From contig OZ244991.1 of the NCBI GenBank assembly GCA_965223335.1, forward strand, positions 1,536,001 through 1,600,000: a stretch of DNA of 64,000 bases, read 5' to 3'. This DNA is from Thermodesulfobacteriota bacterium. GTDB taxonomy: Bacteria; Desulfobacterota_D; UBA1144; Nemesobacterales; UBA2774. A program made the translations under genes and the position numbers. The notes beneath the pieces are model-generated. The model ran no database searches. It had not been told where the DNA came from and saw nothing but the letters and a program-made list of their open reading frames with translations. Each line of letters opens with the position of its first letter. Position 1 is the stretch's first letter. Shown piece by piece: positions 1-12,005 of this stretch.

Positions 1-243
1 AACTGCGAGGTTTGAAAATTTCCGCAAGCGTGAGGATTACTCGGCACAATTTACAATTGGCAAAGATTGTTTTTTTTCTCTTTCAAGATTCCCCTACAAA
101 TAAATCATGAAAATGTATGAATGCGTGTTATTTGTATGAACACACTGTGTGTATATGATTAACGTCGTGTTAATTTAATTTCAGAATATTCACGAGATGC
201 ATTATCTTTTATATCTAAATTACAAAGACTACGGAGACAGAGG

Positions 244-1263
244 ATGAGTATGAGAAAAGTAGTGCTGATTCCGGGTGACGGGATCGGTCCAAATATAAGC
301 AGTGCAGTTAAGAAAGTTATCAAGGCCGCAGGGGCAGAGATTGAGTGGGTAGAGCATGTAGCGGGTGTGAGTGCCATAGAGCGGGGATTAGACGTGTTGC
401 CGCAAGAAACTATAGAGGCTGTGAGGGAGCATAAACTAGCACTGAAAGGGCCTTGCACAACTCCTATAGGCGAGGGTTTTACATCGGTCAACGTACAGAT
501 TAGAAAGGAGCTCGATCTCTATGCTGCTATACGTCCCGTTAGGAACCTTAGGGGGGTGTATACGAGTTTTAGGGGTGTTGATCTCGTGATAATTCGTGAG
601 AACACCGAGGGGCTTTACAGCGGGGTTGAGAACACCGTGACACCGGGGGTAGTGATGAGTATGAAGGTTGCCACCGAGAGGGCGTGTGAGAGGATTGCAA
701 TTAAAGCCTTTGAATATGCGCGCACTCGAGACCGTAAAAAAGTAACGGTTTTTCATAAAGCCAATATAATGAAGTTAACCGACGGTCTATTTATAAGAAA
801 ATCGAAAGAGGTAAGCCGTAAATATAAAGACATAGAGTACCAAGAGGTCATTATTGATGCAGGTTGTATGAAGCTTGTACAGGACCCGGCCCAGTTCGAT
901 GTGCTTTTGCTAGAAAACCTCTACGGCGACCTTGTGAGTGATCTATGTGCAGGTTTCGTGGGTGGGTTGGGTGTAGTGCCCGGTGCAAACATAGGCGACC
1001 AAGCTGCGGTCTTTGAAGCTGTCCATGGCTCGGCACCCGATATTGCAGGTAAAAATATTGCCAATCCCTTAGCACTACTTATGTCGGGTGTGATGATGCT
1101 AAATCACATAGCCGAGACCGAGGGAGAAAAGAGCTATTATGAATGCGCCGAAAAAATTAAGAGTGCGTATAACAAAGCGCTTGAGGACGGGGCCACAACC
1201 CGTGACCTAGGTGGCACCTTGGGTACTCAGGAGTTTGCCGACGCAATTATTAAGAGGATGTGA
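244..1263 (+). CDS. icd: NAD-dependent isocitrate dehydrogenase (isocitrate/isopropylmalate dehydrogenase family)
   Basis: IPGDGIGP, LKGPCTTP, RENTEGLY, HKANIMK, NLYGDLVSD, FEAVHGSAPDIAG motifs. Confidence 0.85.
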   Translation: MSMRKVVLIPGDGIGPNISSAVKKVIKAAGAEIEWVEHVAGVSAIERGLDVLPQETIEAVREHKLALKGPCTTPIGEGFTSVNVQIRKELDLYAAIRPVRNLRGVYTSFRGVDLVIIRENTEGLYSGVENTVTPGVVMSMKVATERACERIAIKAFEYARTRDRKKVTVFHKANIMKLTDGLFIRKSKEVSRKYKDIEYQEVIIDAGCMKLVQDPAQFDVLLLENLYGDLVSDLCAGFVGGLGVVPGANIGDQAAVFEAVHGSAPDIAGKNIANPLALLMSGVMMLNHIAETEGEKSYYECAEKIKSAYNKALEDGATTRDLGGTLGTQEFADAIIKRM

Positions 1264-1292
1264 GTACGGTTCTTAAGGGTTAGTAGTAGTTC

Positions 1293-2249
1293 CTAATCCA
1301 GGTTTTCTTTTAGTACTCTAAGGAAATTGCCACCCATTATCTTGGAAACGAGCTCCTCGCTATAGCCTTTACTCATTAAACAATCTGCTATTTTTGGAAG
1401 ATCGGCTATGCTCCTTAGTTGTTCGGGGAAGTCTTCTATCCTTGCCCCGTCCATATCGCTCCCTAATCCCACATGGTCCTCGCCGCACAGGTTCAATATA
1501 TAATCGGTATGGGCATAGACGTCTTCTAGAGAGGCCGGTTTATCGCTCGTCTTTAGAAAATTGTTATAGAGCACAATACCTATTACTCCGCCTCTGTTGG
1601 ATATTGCTCTTAATTGATCGTCGTATAGGTTTCTCGGGTGGTTCGTGATATTACGGGCGTTTGAGTGGGTAGCGATGGGTATGAGCTCGGTAAGCTCAAT
1701 CGACTGCCAAAAGCAGATCTCGTTTAGATGCGAGAGATCGAGGGTAATGCTGTATTCATTCATCAGGTGTATGAGCTCCACTCCCTGTTCGCTAAGGCCG
1801 TCATTTGACTCATTGCCTGATGCATATCTATTCTTGTTGTTCCATGCGGGGCCGATAATGCGGACCCCCAGTTCGTGGAATTTTTCGAGTTCATCGAGAG
1901 TAGCTATAGAATCGGCCCCTTCCATGAGTGTTAAAAAACCGATCTTGTCCGGGTTTTCCTCGAGCAGAGCCAAATCGCTCTTCGTAATAATCTGCATGAT
2001 CTCATCATCATGAGACTCGTAGAGTTCTTGGTACACAGAAAACTGTTCCTCTGTGGATTTCTCGGTTTTATCCGGTTTGTATTTTGGGTGTATAAAAATT
2101 GTGTTAAATAAGAGCCTTACGTTGCCCTCTTTCAGTTTAGGCAGCGTGATCATGCAGGGTATATCGGGGTCGACAAAATCCCTGTTGAAATAACTCAGGT
2201 GAAATGCAATATCTTGGTGTGCGTCGACTGTAAAAAATTTATTTTCCAT
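1293..2249 (-). CDS. Membrane dipeptidase (peptidase M19)
   Basis: DAHQD, LMEGAD, DLSH, THSNAR, GLGSDMDG, GGNFLRV motifs. Confidence 0.9.
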   Translation of the reverse strand: MENKFFTVDAHQDIAFHLSYFNRDFVDPDIPCMITLPKLKEGNVRLLFNTIFIHPKYKPDKTEKSTEEQFSVYQELYESHDDEIMQIITKSDLALLEENPDKIGFLTLMEGADSIATLDELEKFHELGVRIIGPAWNNKNRYASGNESNDGLSEQGVELIHLMNEYSITLDLSHLNEICFWQSIELTELIPIATHSNARNITNHPRNLYDDQLRAISNRGGVIGIVLYNNFLKTSDKPASLEDVYAHTDYILNLCGEDHVGLGSDMDGARIEDFPEQLRSIADLPKIADCLMSKGYSEELVSKIMGGNFLRVLKENLD

Positions 2250-2257
2250 AATTTAGG

Positions 2258-3484
2258 TTATGAATAAAACCCCATACTTGCATATGTGACTACCGATCCT
2301 GTGTCCGGTTCTAGAGCCTGGTCGTAGTCGAGTATTTTACCTCGTTTCGCATCGATAGTGGACAAAAGGGTGTAGATCGGTGAGAGGCCGCAGATTTTTC
2401 TCTGGTCCTTTTCCGATTCGACCGATCTGTAAAACGACTCTGCATCCATCCGCTCCGAACACATGAGCGTCTCAGTGTCGCGCACCCGAATACTGATTAG
2501 TGTGTCCTCGTTGACCGGGTCTGGGTCCCCGAACTTGGGCCCCACATGTGCCATATCGGCCCCTGCTATCAGCAGCACCCTGTCTCCAAGGCTCGTTACT
2601 AGATCCTTGAGTGCTGAGATAAACACCGACACCCGTTCGTCCTCCATGGGCGAGATGCCTTTTTCGACCATACTGTAAAACGAGTTGCATAGAATAGGCA
2701 GTATCGTGAAATCCTGTTGCTTACGGGCCATGTGTTGCAGAAAAGCTACCTGAAACTCTATTGAGTGCTCCATACGGTGAGCCATCTCGCCTTCGAACAG
2801 GTCCCACTTGCATCTCCCGGCGATTGTATCGACCAAATCGTTATTAGTCTCGACATTACCAAACGGGGTTGTGAAATTCTTGCGTGTCATAATAAATGGA
2901 TTATCTACATCAGCGTAGTGAGAGGTGCCAAGAATCACATAAGTGTCTATGTTTTCGAGTGACTCCATCTCCCTATATGCCAGGGCATATGAGACTCCGC
3001 CCCTGCTGTAATCGATGTGCGGGGATACTAATCCCCGAAGCGAGCCGTTTTGCACTGCCTGCCCGTTATTAGCCTCTGCAGTTTGCAAAAAATCTCTGAA
3101 CCATGCCGATAGATCATCGGGTTTATCCGGGTAAGAGAGCCCAGCGTGACTCGAAGGCCTTAGATCCGAGTCCAAGAATTCACGAGTCTTTTCATCTTTG
3201 TATGCTTTATAGTTATCATTCTCGAGCAGGTGTGCATTGTCCAACTGATTTAGAATTCCCTTTAGGTCCTCACGACCTAGATCCGCACCCACTTGGGCTT
3301 TAAACTCCGTCTGAATATCGCTTAGGCAATGCTTCCCGTCTAAAAGGCTCAATATATAGAAAGCAGCCGGGGGGATAACCAGCATCTTATCGCTAAGCTG
3401 CAGGTGGTCCTTCACACAAATATACCTCTGTCCATCTCTCTCAATCGGAAACGCCTCGATGCCTACAAGTTTTGGATAGTCCAT
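2258..3484 (-). CDS. amrB: AmmeMemoRadiSam system protein B (MEMO1 family) with N-terminal extension
   Basis: PHIDY, LGTSH, EHSIEFQ, DMAHVG, ICGLSP, VTYAS motifs; start moved to ATG 3484 (MDYPKL) to avoid overlap with the upstream gene. Confidence 0.85.
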   Translation of the reverse strand: MDYPKLVGIEAFPIERDGQRYICVKDHLQLSDKMLVIPPAAFYILSLLDGKHCLSDIQTEFKAQVGADLGREDLKGILNQLDNAHLLENDNYKAYKDEKTREFLDSDLRPSSHAGLSYPDKPDDLSAWFRDFLQTAEANNGQAVQNGSLRGLVSPHIDYSRGGVSYALAYREMESLENIDTYVILGTSHYADVDNPFIMTRKNFTTPFGNVETNNDLVDTIAGRCKWDLFEGEMAHRMEHSIEFQVAFLQHMARKQQDFTILPILCNSFYSMVEKGISPMEDERVSVFISALKDLVTSLGDRVLLIAGADMAHVGPKFGDPDPVNEDTLISIRVRDTETLMCSERMDAESFYRSVESEKDQRKICGLSPIYTLLSTIDAKRGKILDYDQALEPDTGSVVTYASMGFYS

Positions 3485-3497
3485 AGTTGCGTTAATC

Positions 3498-5066
3498 CTA
3501 TATACTCTTTTGTCGGCCCCAGCCGCCTCCCCCAGGGGTTTCAATCCTCAATATACTACCTTTTTTTATTGTGAAAATGGATTTTGGCGGAAGTGTATTC
3601 GATCCCTTATTATTCACTAATATATTCTTCCCCTTTTTGGCTTTGGCCCCTCCCTCTATACCATAAGGGGCATGTTTTCTACGCTCAGTTATGATAGATG
3701 ATACGGCACCCGTGAGAAATTTATACTCCCTTACTATTCCGTTCCCTCCCACATACTGTCCTTTCCCTCCGCTTCGTTTTCTGATGCTATAGCTTTGAAT
3801 CATCACCGGGAGCTCTCTCTCGATTGCTTCTATCGGGGTGTTAAGAGTGTTGGTCATATGGGTTTGCACAGCGCTAACGCCATTTAGCCCATACCTTGCT
3901 CCCATGCCACCTGCGATGGTCTCATAATAGGCGAAGTTCTCGCCGGTTTTAGGGCTCTTACCCCCAAAAGTTACATTACTCATGGTGCCTGCGCTTGCTG
4001 CAGGGACCTTGTGGGGCACTGCTTGGGACAACGCCCCGAACACCACGTCCACTACCCTTTGCGATGTCTCGACATTCCCGCCCACAACAGCAGCGGGGAA
4101 CCGGGCGTTAAGTATAGAGTCTCTGCCGGTCTTTATTTTGATTGCCCGTAGCGGGCCTGAGTTAAGCGGCATCTCTTTGGGCGCCAGGCATTGGAATGCA
4201 TAGAGCGAAGCTGCGGTAGTAACACTTAGAGGACAGTTAAGACAGCCTTTAACCTGTGGGGAGCTGGCACTAAAATCAAGTTCGGCCACTTGGCCCGAGA
4301 TCCTCAATCTAAGATCAATCGGAATATTGCGTGTACCTGCACCGTCATCATCAAGGTAGTCCTTAAAACTATAAGTACCCCGAGGAATCTCTTTTATTAC
4401 GGTTTTCATCATGGTCTCGCTGTAATCTAAAAGCTCTTTACCAGCTCTGGTTACTTTCCTAAGTCCATACTTGGAAATAACCTCTTCGAGCCTCTCTACT
4501 CCCAGGTATAGTGCGCCTACCTGGGCTTTAACATCACCCTCGCGCTCTATGGGGTCTCTGGTAGCGGACAGGATTTCGTTAAACAGTTTTCTGTTTAGTC
4601 GGCCTCTGCTGTAGAGTTTAGAGGGAGGGATCAGAATCCCCTCTTCGTGAATAGTAGTAGAGAGCGGCATGGAGCCCGGGGTAAGTCCACCCATATCTGC
4701 ATGGTGCGCCCTCGATGCGACATAGAACACGATTTTGTCTCTATGGAAAACAGGGGCTATACACGTAACATCGGGCAGGTGAGTTCCCCCCTTAAACGGG
4801 TCGTTTAACATAAAAACATCGCCCTGGTTGATGTCGAATTTTCCTATAATGGCTTTAACAGCGAACCCCATAGAGCCCAGGTGCACAGGGATGTGAGCAG
4901 CTTGTGCCACCATCTCTCCGTTCGATTGAAAGATTGCACACGAGAGGTCCCGTCGCTCTTTTATATTAGGCGAAAAGCCGGCCCTGACCAGTACGGTACC
5001 CATCTCCTCTGCTATGGAGCTTAGTACATTGTTAAAGATCTCTAGTTCGAACGGGCTTAGTGACAT
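3498..5066 (-). CDS. Hydantoinase B / 5-oxoprolinase family subunit
   Basis: SPNIKERRDLSCA, HIPVHLGSM, NDPFKGGTHLPD, HHADMGG, TPGGGGWG motifs. Confidence 0.92.
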   Translation of the reverse strand: MSLSPFELEIFNNVLSSIAEEMGTVLVRAGFSPNIKERRDLSCAIFQSNGEMVAQAAHIPVHLGSMGFAVKAIIGKFDINQGDVFMLNDPFKGGTHLPDVTCIAPVFHRDKIVFYVASRAHHADMGGLTPGSMPLSTTIHEEGILIPPSKLYSRGRLNRKLFNEILSATRDPIEREGDVKAQVGALYLGVERLEEVISKYGLRKVTRAGKELLDYSETMMKTVIKEIPRGTYSFKDYLDDDGAGTRNIPIDLRLRISGQVAELDFSASSPQVKGCLNCPLSVTTAASLYAFQCLAPKEMPLNSGPLRAIKIKTGRDSILNARFPAAVVGGNVETSQRVVDVVFGALSQAVPHKVPAASAGTMSNVTFGGKSPKTGENFAYYETIAGGMGARYGLNGVSAVQTHMTNTLNTPIEAIERELPVMIQSYSIRKRSGGKGQYVGGNGIVREYKFLTGAVSSIITERRKHAPYGIEGGAKAKKGKNILVNNKGSNTLPPKSIFTIKKGSILRIETPGGGGWGRQKSI

Positions 5067-5111
5067 GTCATTATGATTAGTCTTAAAAATTAAGGTTAAT
5101 GCATCTATATT

Positions 5112-5588
5112 TTATTTTTCTTGATCTTCAGCCGGTGATGGTGAGGGTATAACTATTTCTTCTGTGTTCCAAAACCTGCAAGTGCTGGAGTTGTAGTATT
5201 TTATTTTGGACCCGACTTTGAAATTCTTTTTAGGGCTCCCGGGGATTATATGGGTGCCGTTTACACACTCTTGGTCCAGGTAAAGAAAAGGTACTAGGAC
5301 TATGTCGTTCTCTTCACTGTCGCCTTTAAGTGTGGTCTCAACTCTTATATGAGCCACACACCTCGATACCATCTCGGGCTTAAACCCCGGCGTGGATGAG
5401 GCTCGGGGTTTGCATTCCCCCGAATCGCGGGGGCTTTCACAATCCAATTTTTCAACGTATCCTACTATGGCTAAAGTGGATGATTCCAGCAGTTCCTTTT
5501 GACTGCACGGTGGAGGAAGTGCATCGGAAACACTGGCCAGAGGTACAAAATAGACAATCAAACACAGAATTATCAGTGAATATTGCAT
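5112..5588 (-). CDS. Secreted cysteine-rich hypothetical protein
   Basis: Signal-peptide-like N-terminus, six Cys in the mature part, fills the intergenic space. Confidence 0.7.
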   Translation of the reverse strand: MQYSLIILCLIVYFVPLASVSDALPPPCSQKELLESSTLAIVGYVEKLDCESPRDSGECKPRASSTPGFKPEMVSRCVAHIRVETTLKGDSEENDIVLVPFLYLDQECVNGTHIIPGSPKKNFKVGSKIKYYNSSTCRFWNTEEIVIPSPSPAEDQEK

Positions 5589-5687
5589 CTGTAAACTAGT
5601 TTTATGATCGTAGCCACTTTGTCAACACACTTTATCTAACTGCGCTTAAAGGAGAGTTTTTATGAAATCTTGGAGGGGTGTAGCGTC

Positions 5688-6638
5688 TTGAAAGTATTAA
5701 TCACAGGGGTTTCAGGGTTTATAGGCTCTCATTTGGCAGAGAGATTAACACACGAGGGCAATGCAGTAGTGGGATTAGATTCGTTCCTGGATTATTACCC
5801 AAAAGAGATAAAAAAACATAACCTTAGATCACTCTTTGACAGACCGAATTTCGAGTTTTTGGAGGGTGATATATTGGAAATAGATCTGGGGGGAGTGTTG
5901 GACGGTGTAGAGGCTGTGTTTCACCAGGCCGCCATAGCGGGTGTGCGATCAAGTTGGGGGCTTAGATTTGAAGAGTATGTAAGAAACAATATTTTGGGTA
6001 CACAGAAGCTCTTAGAAACCAGCAAGGACTTAGGTCTCAATAAATTCATATATGCATCGTCGTCTTCAGTGTACGGCGATGTGGATGAACTACCGGTTAA
6101 AGAGGCCACAATACAGAAACCCATCTCCCCATATGGAGTGACCAAGTTAGGCGGTGAACACTTAGCAACACTATACAACAAAGCCTTCGGTATACCCACC
6201 GTGTCACTTAGGTATTTTACGGTTTACGGGCCCCGCCAGCGGCCTGATATGGCGTTCCATAGGTTCATTAAAGCTATCATCACGGGGGATGAGATACAGA
6301 TTTACGGCACAGGGGAACAGACCAGGGATTTCACATTCATAGACGATGCGGTTGATGCCAACGTGGGTGCTATGCTAAATGGCGTACCCGGAGAGGTCTA
6401 TAACATAGGCGGGGGAAGCCGTGTTACTGTGAATGAGGCTATTGGTATCTTAGAGGATATTGTTGGCAAAACAGCAAACGTTGTGTATGTGGAGCCCCAG
6501 AAAGGGGATGCAAAACATACCTATTCCGATGTGAGTAAGGCAAAAGCCGATTTTGGCTACTCGCCTAAATATGATTTGCGCGCAGGACTAGAGCGGCATT
6601 ACGAATGGCTCAAAAACAACTTGGATCTTTACAGTTAA
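5688..6638 (+). CDS. NAD-dependent nucleotide-sugar epimerase/dehydratase (extended SDR)
   Basis: [47 protein letters not shown] start with GGAGG SD. Confidence 0.9.
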   Translation: MKVLITGVSGFIGSHLAERLTHEGNAVVGLDSFLDYYPKEIKKHNLRSLFDRPNFEFLEGDILEIDLGGVLDGVEAVFHQAAIAGVRSSWGLRFEEYVRNNILGTQKLLETSKDLGLNKFIYASSSSVYGDVDELPVKEATIQKPISPYGVTKLGGEHLATLYNKAFGIPTVSLRYFTVYGPRQRPDMAFHRFIKAIITGDEIQIYGTGEQTRDFTFIDDAVDANVGAMLNGVPGEVYNIGGGSRVTVNEAIGILEDIVGKTANVVYVEPQKGDAKHTYSDVSKAKADFGYSPKYDLRAGLERHYEWLKNNLDLYS

Positions 6639-7504
6639 GATATTGAAGACTGGAGGGTTTCACCCATGAGTGCCGGGCTTGGGCACACTGTTACCCCTGC
6701 GTTCTCGAGCGCAGCCACCTTGTCTTTAGCGCTGCCTGAACTTCCCGAAATAATCGCCCCTGCATGACCCATCCGCTTTCCTTTAGGAGCAGTTGCGCCG
6801 GCGATAAAGGCCACAACGGGTTTAGATAGATTGGATTTTATGAACTCCGCTGCCTCTTCCTCAGCACTGCCGCCGATCTCCCCGATCATGACCACAGCGT
6901 CTGTCTCACTGTCTTTCTCAAAAAGGTCGAGCACATCGATGAACGTAGAACCGATCACAGGGTCCCCGCCGATTCCCACACATGTGGACTGGCCGATGCC
7001 GAGATTGGAGAGCTGCCACACAGCCTCGTATGTCAGTGTCCCGCTACGCGATATAATACCTACCCTACCCGGTGTGTGTATGTACCCGGGCATGATCCCG
7101 ACCTTGGCCTCCCCGGGGGTCATTACACCCGGGCAGTTGGGTCCTACCAAGCGGACGTTTTTGCCTTCGATATACTTTTTGACCTGGATCATATCTATGG
7201 TGGGAATACCCTCTGTGATACAGATTACAAGCTCGATACCCGCATCCACAGCCTCTATCATCGAGTCCATCGCAAAGGCTGCAGGTACAAAGATAAGCGA
7301 AGTATTGGCGCCGGTTTGCTCGACTGAGTCAAGCACCGTATCAAACACCGGAAACCCCTCAACATCTGTGCCACCTTTGCCTGGAGTTACCCCACCCACG
7401 ACATTGGTCCCGTACTCCCTACACTGAGTGGCATGAAACAGGCCCGCACTCCCGGTAATACCTTGTACTACTACTTTGCTGTCTTTATTTACGAGAATGC
7501 TCAT
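6635..7504 (-). CDS. sucD: Succinate--CoA ligase subunit alpha
   Basis: [30 protein letters not shown] (phospho-His); AAGGAG SD. Confidence 0.97.
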   Translation of the reverse strand: MSILVNKDSKVVVQGITGSAGLFHATQCREYGTNVVGGVTPGKGGTDVEGFPVFDTVLDSVEQTGANTSLIFVPAAFAMDSMIEAVDAGIELVICITEGIPTIDMIQVKKYIEGKNVRLVGPNCPGVMTPGEAKVGIMPGYIHTPGRVGIISRSGTLTYEAVWQLSNLGIGQSTCVGIGGDPVIGSTFIDVLDLFEKDSETDAVVMIGEIGGSAEEEAAEFIKSNLSKPVVAFIAGATAPKGKRMGHAGAIISGSSGSAKDKVAALENAGVTVCPSPALMGETLQSSIS

Positions 7505-7677
7505 TTACCAATGCTCCTTCGGTATGGATATTGTAGCCAGGTCACTGGCGGGTAGGAATCATAACATAGCATATTGTCAGTTGCAACATCATTCATGACT
7601 GGATGTATATCTGTGCAAAGGTGAAAATGTGTTGATTAATTATCTAAATTTGCCTTAATTTTCGGGGTGTTATGTTG

Positions 7678-8547
7678 TTACTCTATGTTTTGGATCTGCT
7701 CTCTTATTTTCTCAAGCTCTGAGCGAAACTCGATCATTACGTGTGAGATCTCGGCATCTTTTGATTTTGCAGAGATCGTCCCGGCTTCGCGGTTCATCTC
7801 CTGGATGAGGAAATCCAACTCCTTTCCTATGGTGCCCTTTTTTTTTGCGGTTTCTTTAAACTTGCCGATGTGGGCCTCGAGCCTCACAAGCTCTTCAGTG
7901 ATATCGCTTCTCTCGGCTAGGTATGCCGTTTCCTGATAGAGCCTGCCCTCGTCGAGGTCCTGCTCGTCTAACAGTTTGGTTATTCGTTCTTTTAGTTTAG
8001 CAGATGCATTTTTTGCGAAATTGCGCCGCTTGTTTTTTATGGTTCTGGTCAGTTTTTCTATTTTTTTGATGCGTTTATTTAGGTCTTTTTCTAACTTTTG
8101 TCCCTCGATCTGTCGCGCTTTATCCAGTTTTAATATTGCCTGCTCCAATATATTTTTAAGAGCAGGGAACTGTTTTTGTCCTATCGGCGATTTGGAGTCT
8201 TGTGTGAAGATATCTTTTATCATTAGAAAATGCTCTAGTTTGATCGGGTCTTTTATATCCAGTTCTTTTTTGAGCCTAAGCAGATCTTTCTTGGATTTTT
8301 TAGCAATATCTATACTTAGATTGGTGTCGTTGTTGCGGAGTGAGTCGATCGAGACCTGGACTTTCACCTTGCCCCTGATGATCTGCTTTTTCACTACATC
8401 GCTTAGCTTCTGTTCTAAATCAAGAGTGGATTCGGGCAGTTGAAATTTGAGGTCGAGGAACCTATGGTTTTCCGACCTGGCCTCTACCGTGATTTTTCCA
8501 AGTTCGGTCTCGGCTCGGCTCGTGCCGAACCCTGTCATACTCTTCAT
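7678..8547 (-). CDS. yicC: YicC/YloC family endoribonuclease
   Basis: MKSMTGFG, DITEELVRL, GKELDFLIQEMNREAGTI, LEKIREQIQNIE. Confidence 0.93.
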   Translation of the reverse strand: MKSMTGFGTSRAETELGKITVEARSENHRFLDLKFQLPESTLDLEQKLSDVVKKQIIRGKVKVQVSIDSLRNNDTNLSIDIAKKSKKDLLRLKKELDIKDPIKLEHFLMIKDIFTQDSKSPIGQKQFPALKNILEQAILKLDKARQIEGQKLEKDLNKRIKKIEKLTRTIKNKRRNFAKNASAKLKERITKLLDEQDLDEGRLYQETAYLAERSDITEELVRLEAHIGKFKETAKKKGTIGKELDFLIQEMNREAGTISAKSKDAEISHVMIEFRSELEKIREQIQNIE

Positions 8548-8557
8548 GATGGTTAGC

Positions 8558-9082
8558 TCAACTGTTGAGTTCTTCTACGTATTTTGCCCTCAGGTCCAAA
8601 AACAGCTTTTTAATCTTGGGTGTGTTGTAATCCGGATACGTCCACTCGAGCTCTCTAAAAACGTTTTGTTGATAGACCAGCGTGAGGTCGGCATAAACAC
8701 CCTTACCTAAATAGGGACGGTGATAGTATCCCTTGCCGGTCGCAAGAATCAAGTGCTCTTCGGCTATATAACCGGGGTCTATATTAATAGTCCGCTTTTG
8801 GTCCTGAGAATATTCCTGTTCCAATGAGGTTGTGTAGACTTTAATATCTGCTATAAAATCACGATGGATCAAACGTTTAAAACTAAGAATAATGCGCTTT
8901 AATCCCGTACCCATTTCTTCAGTATAGTAGTTAGTATAATCAAAGGGTGAGCTTTCGGTTCTGTAAGTGTAAGCGCCTAAAAACTCAGTTAATTTTTCTA
9001 TACACGACTCAACATCTGCATTGGGGCGGTAAATGAGTGTTACAAACGGCATCACAGGTTTGGGTTCTTTAAGCAAGCTCAC
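8558..9082 (-). CDS. DUF4416 family protein
   Basis: FDYTNYYTEEMG, RTINIDPGY, LATGK, HRPYLGKGVYADLTL, WTYPDY; usual neighbour of yicC. Confidence 0.85.
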   Translation of the reverse strand: MSLLKEPKPVMPFVTLIYRPNADVESCIEKLTEFLGAYTYRTESSPFDYTNYYTEEMGTGLKRIILSFKRLIHRDFIADIKVYTTSLEQEYSQDQKRTINIDPGYIAEEHLILATGKGYYHRPYLGKGVYADLTLVYQQNVFRELEWTYPDYNTPKIKKLFLDLRAKYVEELNS

Positions 9083-9171
9083 TATAAAATAATACAGATT
9101 TAAAAGGGTTTTGAAAAAGGTCGCGTGCTTGAAAAATCCGCTTTCTCACATATTCTATTGCTTAAGTGCAG

Positions 9172-9666
9172 ATGATTCTAAAGTTCAATAACCATAAAAT
9201 ACAAATATTATTTTTATTGTTCTCGTTGGTGATGATTTCGGCCTGCGGTGGGGGTTCGGCATCCGAGTATCCCAAGAAACCCCCTGCAACCGGCTCTGCC
9301 ACAAAAACAGTGAACAAATTCTTAAATGCTCTCCAAAACGAGGATTTCGATAAGGCTTTCAAGTACATATACACCCCTTATTCAGATAAAGAAGGGTATG
9401 TAAACAATCTAAGGAACCTGGTCCAAGACAATAAAACCTCTATACTCAATTACCGGATTTTGGGCACTCAGATATTTGGTGAGAAAGCCATAGTGGTTGC
9501 AGAGCTGACAGTGAAAATGAAGTCGTTAAAGAGCGGGCAGATGATTACAAAGAAGCTTAGAAATCAGTATGAACTCACGGTGCTCGGCAAGGACTGGAAG
9601 ATAACGACAGACAGATGCATAGAGAACTGCTTCGAGGAAAAACCCGAGGTAGAGGTCGAGGAATAG
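9172..9666 (+). CDS. Putative lipoprotein (NTF2-like, DUF4878-like)
   Basis: Lipobox ISAC; helix 'TVNKFLNALQNEDFDKAFKY' and terminal 'WKI' strand. Confidence 0.65.
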   Translation: MILKFNNHKIQILFLLFSLVMISACGGGSASEYPKKPPATGSATKTVNKFLNALQNEDFDKAFKYIYTPYSDKEGYVNNLRNLVQDNKTSILNYRILGTQIFGEKAIVVAELTVKMKSLKSGQMITKKLRNQYELTVLGKDWKITTDRCIENCFEEKPEVEVEE

Positions 9667-9669
9667 TTA

Positions 9670-11618
<1,949 letters not shown>

Positions 11619-11624
11619 ACTAAA

Positions 11625-12005
11625 TTGAGATACTTATTCCCCATATTATTAATGGCTTTGTTTCTCTCGGGATGCCCGATGCAGCCGGGTGCGGAGGGAG
11701 GAGAAGGCGGGTCGCCTATTATCGCGATGCTCCCGTTTGTGCTCATATTCGTGTTGTTTTATTTCTTGATACTCCGTCCTCAACAAAAAGAGAAGGGCAA
11801 AAGGGAGCAGATGCTCCAAGAACTTAAGCGCGGTGACGATGTAATAACATCGGGTGGGATTCACGGTAAGATCACGAACATACAGGACGATGTAATCTCG
11901 CTTGAGATAGCCAAAAACGTGACTGTTCGCATTTCACGCGGCGGTATCGGGGGGCTTCTCAATAAGGATGATGATAACGCTAAGGAGGATAAGGCCAAGA
12001 AATGA
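11625..12005 (+). CDS. yajC: Preprotein translocase subunit YajC
   Basis: FYFLILRPQQK, LKRGDDVITSGGIHG; lies between tgt and secD. Confidence 0.95.
   Translation: MRYLFPILLMALFLSGCPMQPGAEGGEGGSPIIAMLPFVLIFVLFYFLILRPQQKEKGKREQMLQELKRGDDVITSGGIHGKITNIQDDVISLEIAKNVTVRISRGGIGGLLNKDDDNAKEDKAKK

Noticed and set aside
1..243. Possible ncRNA or regulatory element upstream of icd
   Set aside because: AT-rich with only short imperfect palindromes, no recognisable family, and cut by the window edge.
7838..7846. A9 run with A AAA AAG in yicC (minus strand, AKKKG)
   Set aside because: A shift would remove the conserved YicC C-terminal motifs and I see no useful product. It does show that long A runs occur in Lys-rich stretches here, so it is a caution and a control for the A10 claim.
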